DNA of 64,000 nt from the human T2T-CHM13v2.0 reference genome, Homo sapiens. The translations under genes were made by a program, and so were the position numbers. The stretch lies in NCBI RefSeq assembly GCF_009914755.1, contig NC_060938.1; one strand, 5' to 3'. Shown here one piece after another: positions 61,022-64,000 of this stretch (its first letter is position 1; each line of letters opens with the position of its first letter). Below the pieces are notes generated by a model. It saw only the letters and a list, made by a program, of their open reading frames with translations, did not search any database and was not told where the DNA came from.

Positions 61022-61066
61022 CTACACATAGAGCAACCAGCTGAAGGCAAGCTGCCAAATAACTAG
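61022..61066 (+). other. Candidate terminal/poison exon after C4a (LHIEQPAEGKLPNN*)
   Basis: cttttttttttgtttcag-type acceptor ending at 61021; in-frame TAG at 61064; donor-like CAG|gtgcct at 61115; AATAAA at 61138. Confidence 0.3.
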
Positions 61067-63049
61067 CTTTGAATGGCACCACAAACAACAGAAAGGGCAA
61101 CTGCCTCATTACAGGTGCCTATAATTTGGGGTTCTAGAATAAACCGTTCCTCTGATTGATGTCACTGTGTGTTAAGTTCCTGTTACACAGAGAACTAACA
61201 TTTATTTTCAGAATATTATCTCCCCTTTTAGCTTTTTTTTGTAAAAAAAATAATTTTAATGTTATTTTGGTATCATCACCATTTATAGTTCATTTCAGAG
61301 AAAAGTTATTATGAGTTAACAATATGTATTCAATACACATAATCTTAAGAAATTGAAAGAAAGAAATTTTATGTCATGTAGTATAATGGGCCCACATATA
61401 GCTGATAGTAGTTATGCCCTCTTAATCCCCTCTGTTTTATTTTTTAAATTTCAAAAAACTGATACAACAATCAACAGAACCAGATACATACCTAAATGTT
61501 TGTCCATTTGTGTATATAACCTGCTAATATACAATTGAAAGATTTCTAATTTGATCATCTTGTTTGCTAGTTGCTAAATATTTATTTGCTCAATATGCCT
61601 TGGGCACTCAGTACTCAAACATTTAATCATAATGAAAAGGTAAATAAGTTATCACTCTTATGAAACACAGACCAATCACATTTAATGCTGCCACCTTAAA
61701 TGCAAGTTAGAAAATTTGCTGAATTCTAAAAATATGCAGAAGAATTACCTCACAAAAGTAATTATTTTCTTATATCTCAATCTCATTTGCCCTAACAGCA
61801 ATAGTAACTGTTAAATTAATCAAAATGCTAGAAAATTCAGTGCACTGGGATGTCCTAAAATTTAATGACTACCTTGAGGCCTAATATTCAATCATTTCAA
61901 AATTTTGCACACCTCCAATTTATTTCCATTTTACAATTTATGAAATACTAATTTCTGCACTCTTTCCTCTCCTTGCCTCTTCTGCCTTCTTAGCTTTACT
62001 TTTTTGTTATTGTTTATTTGTTTGTGTGTGCGCACGCACATGAGTGCACATGGATGAAGGTGTGTTTGTATGTTTGTGTCCTTTATTTCAGAAAAGCCAT
62101 CCTCTCTGTTCTCTAACACTGCTTTATAGTGGATAGCTATTTTATTAAAATGTTATTTCACCAAGGATAAGAAGAGGGGATGGGAAGTGTTAATAGTGTG
62201 CCTATTTCAAAAACTAGGCAATTTAAGATTATTCAGTCAGAAAAATGTGAGTTTGTGTATCCTGATGATATATCAGTAGCATTCCTCACTGTCTATCTGT
62301 GAGGTATCATATTTTATCTTTGTCTTTAAAGGAAGATAAATCCATTAATGGTTTAAACTATGGATTATGACTCAAATTCAGGTGAGAAGGTACAGAACGA
62401 CATGACTTTTTGAAAATTACTGAAGGTGAAATAAAGATAAAAATGGCATCCATAACTGTAGCACCATGTACTGTAAACTGGATTGTATGTGCGAGTGCGC
62501 GTGCGTGCAGTTATCTCCGAGTTCAACTTCTGGATGTATAGAACTTCAAGTTATAAATGTATGTTTATTGTTTTTAAGTGTATATACAATATGAGTATGT
62601 ATATACACATATATATGTTTAAGAACAAAAGATACGTTTTATAATTAAATCAGTTTATATTAATATGGATGCAGTCTTGAATCAAAAAGTGTGTTTGGGA
62701 AAGAAAGTCAAATTTCATAATATTTAAATATCTTTACTCCATGTTTCTACAAAATAGAAAATGTCAAAGTGAATCTCTAGGGGATTTATAAGGATGGTTA
62801 TAGTATTTATTTTCTCTAATGCTTTGGGGAGAAAAGATGCTGTAATTAATCAAAATAAAATGTTGACTTCCTAGTCACGGGTTTGTTGAGCATGCATTCT
62901 TACGTTATAGAAAGACCTTTGATGTTTGAAATGTTTGCCAAAGGCAGTGAGAAATGTATAATGCTATGATCTTATTTTTAAAAGGAAAAAGGAAAACCGA
63001 AAAGAGAACAAGTTGCTTTTTCAATTCATTTTCTGATGTTTACATGTAG

Positions 63050-63121
63050 CTCCATCGAAAGCTGGAGGAGCTCAGAGATCACCTAGAAGGCAATGTGAAA
63101 GGATACTCTCTCAGAGTAAAT
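63050..63121 (+). CDS. GPHN: Gephyrin alternative C4-type cassette exon (C4d), LHRKLEELRDHLEGNVKGYSLRVN (24 aa)
   Basis: Acceptor ttttctgatgtttacatgtag|CTC, donor AAT|gtacga, 72 nt, phase 0/0. The peptide matches a known gephyrin C4 cassette; the letter designation is recalled. Confidence 0.9.
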
Positions 63122-63253
63122 GTACGATTTCACTTGGTGATTTTTTTTTCCCTAAACTTCTGCTGACTGGTAACTCCAAATCTGATTGGTTTGTCCTCTC
63201 ATCTCCATCTTTTTCCTTTCTGTCTCTTTTCCCCCTCTTTCTTTCTTTTCTAG

Positions 63254-63304
63254 CTGCGGCTTCATGCTCCCATTTATGAAATAAAGATTAAATTAGCAGG
63301 GTAG
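63254..63304 (+). other. Candidate terminal/poison exon after C4d (LRLHAPIYEIKIKLAG*)
   Basis: ~60-nt polypyrimidine tract followed by TAG at 63251-63253; in-frame stop at 63302; AATAAA at 63280 and 63369. Confidence 0.35.
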
Positions 63305-64000
63305 AGGACCCTAAAGCCACACTGACTAACATTGCTGTTGACTTAATAATATTTTGGCCCCAGTGCAAAATAAAATCTTTCTTTTCAAAAATCACTATTT
63401 CTTATACAATTGTATACTTTTTTGAGGATCTTGTCATGAGACTTCATTTGGAGATTTTTCTATTGGTCATGTCTTCTACCCCTTGTTAGTTATGTCAGCA
63501 GAATAATAAATTATGAGCTGGATGTGAGGGGTATATCCTTGATGGTACAATTTCAATTTTCAAGGAAAATAATCAGTGTTAGGGTATCATAGGTAATCTG
63601 GCAAGTAGACACATTTGTTCTGAGTTAATAGACTTAACTCAGACTCTTTTAGAATAAATGTATGTCATTTTGTTTAAAAATAAGAAAATTAGCAGTAAGT
63701 ACCTTCACCAGGAACACCTTCACGTAGCATCTTACAAATACTTGAGCTAAAGTCTAATATACCCAAGACAACCATTGAAGGAGGACAGTACCTCGTATCC
63801 ACTCAATCCTGTACATTCATCATATAGTCAGAATTCATGATAGTATTTTTTGTGACAGATAGTTCAGACTATCAAGATTTTCAAGAAAAATCTCTAAATT
63901 GGTTTTGGTATAAATGTAGCAGAAGAAAAACTAAATTACTACAGTAATTTATGGCTTTCATTTCTGGGGTTTCCAAGAAAGTTCCTGTGAATCCTGGTAT

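Overview
Human/primate genomic DNA, not prokaryotic: about 64 kb from inside the gephyrin gene (GPHN, + strand), covering the central linker (C-domain) region. Three recognisable coding exons are present, and the ORF track misses all of them: the constitutive 135-nt exon IPDSIISRG...CPTPK (40305-40439) and two alternatively spliced C4 cassettes, QIRRPDESKGVASRVGSLK (60796-60852) and LHRKLEELRDHLEGNVKGYSLRVN (63050-63121). The rest is intron. The first ~37 kb is dominated by transposable elements: two long antisense L1s, a two-LTR MER4-group ERV with a tRNA-Lys PBS, and a young 5'-inverted L1PA2-like insertion. About 24 Alus are spread across the window, and DNA transposons include Charlie1, full-length Tigger1, MER1B, Tigger3a/4a and MADE1. 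The last ~8 kb is repeat-poor. The best candidate for something undescribed is a CpG-retaining 37-codon ATG-to-donor segment at 39101-39211. It is in frame with the downstream constitutive exon and is preceded by an acceptor whose first codon is a stop, so it could yield gephyrin lacking the G domain, or separate G and C+E products. Stop/polyA-bearing acceptor modules also lie just behind each C4 cassette. Subfamily names come from recalled consensus sequences, repeat boundaries are approximate, and no searches were run.
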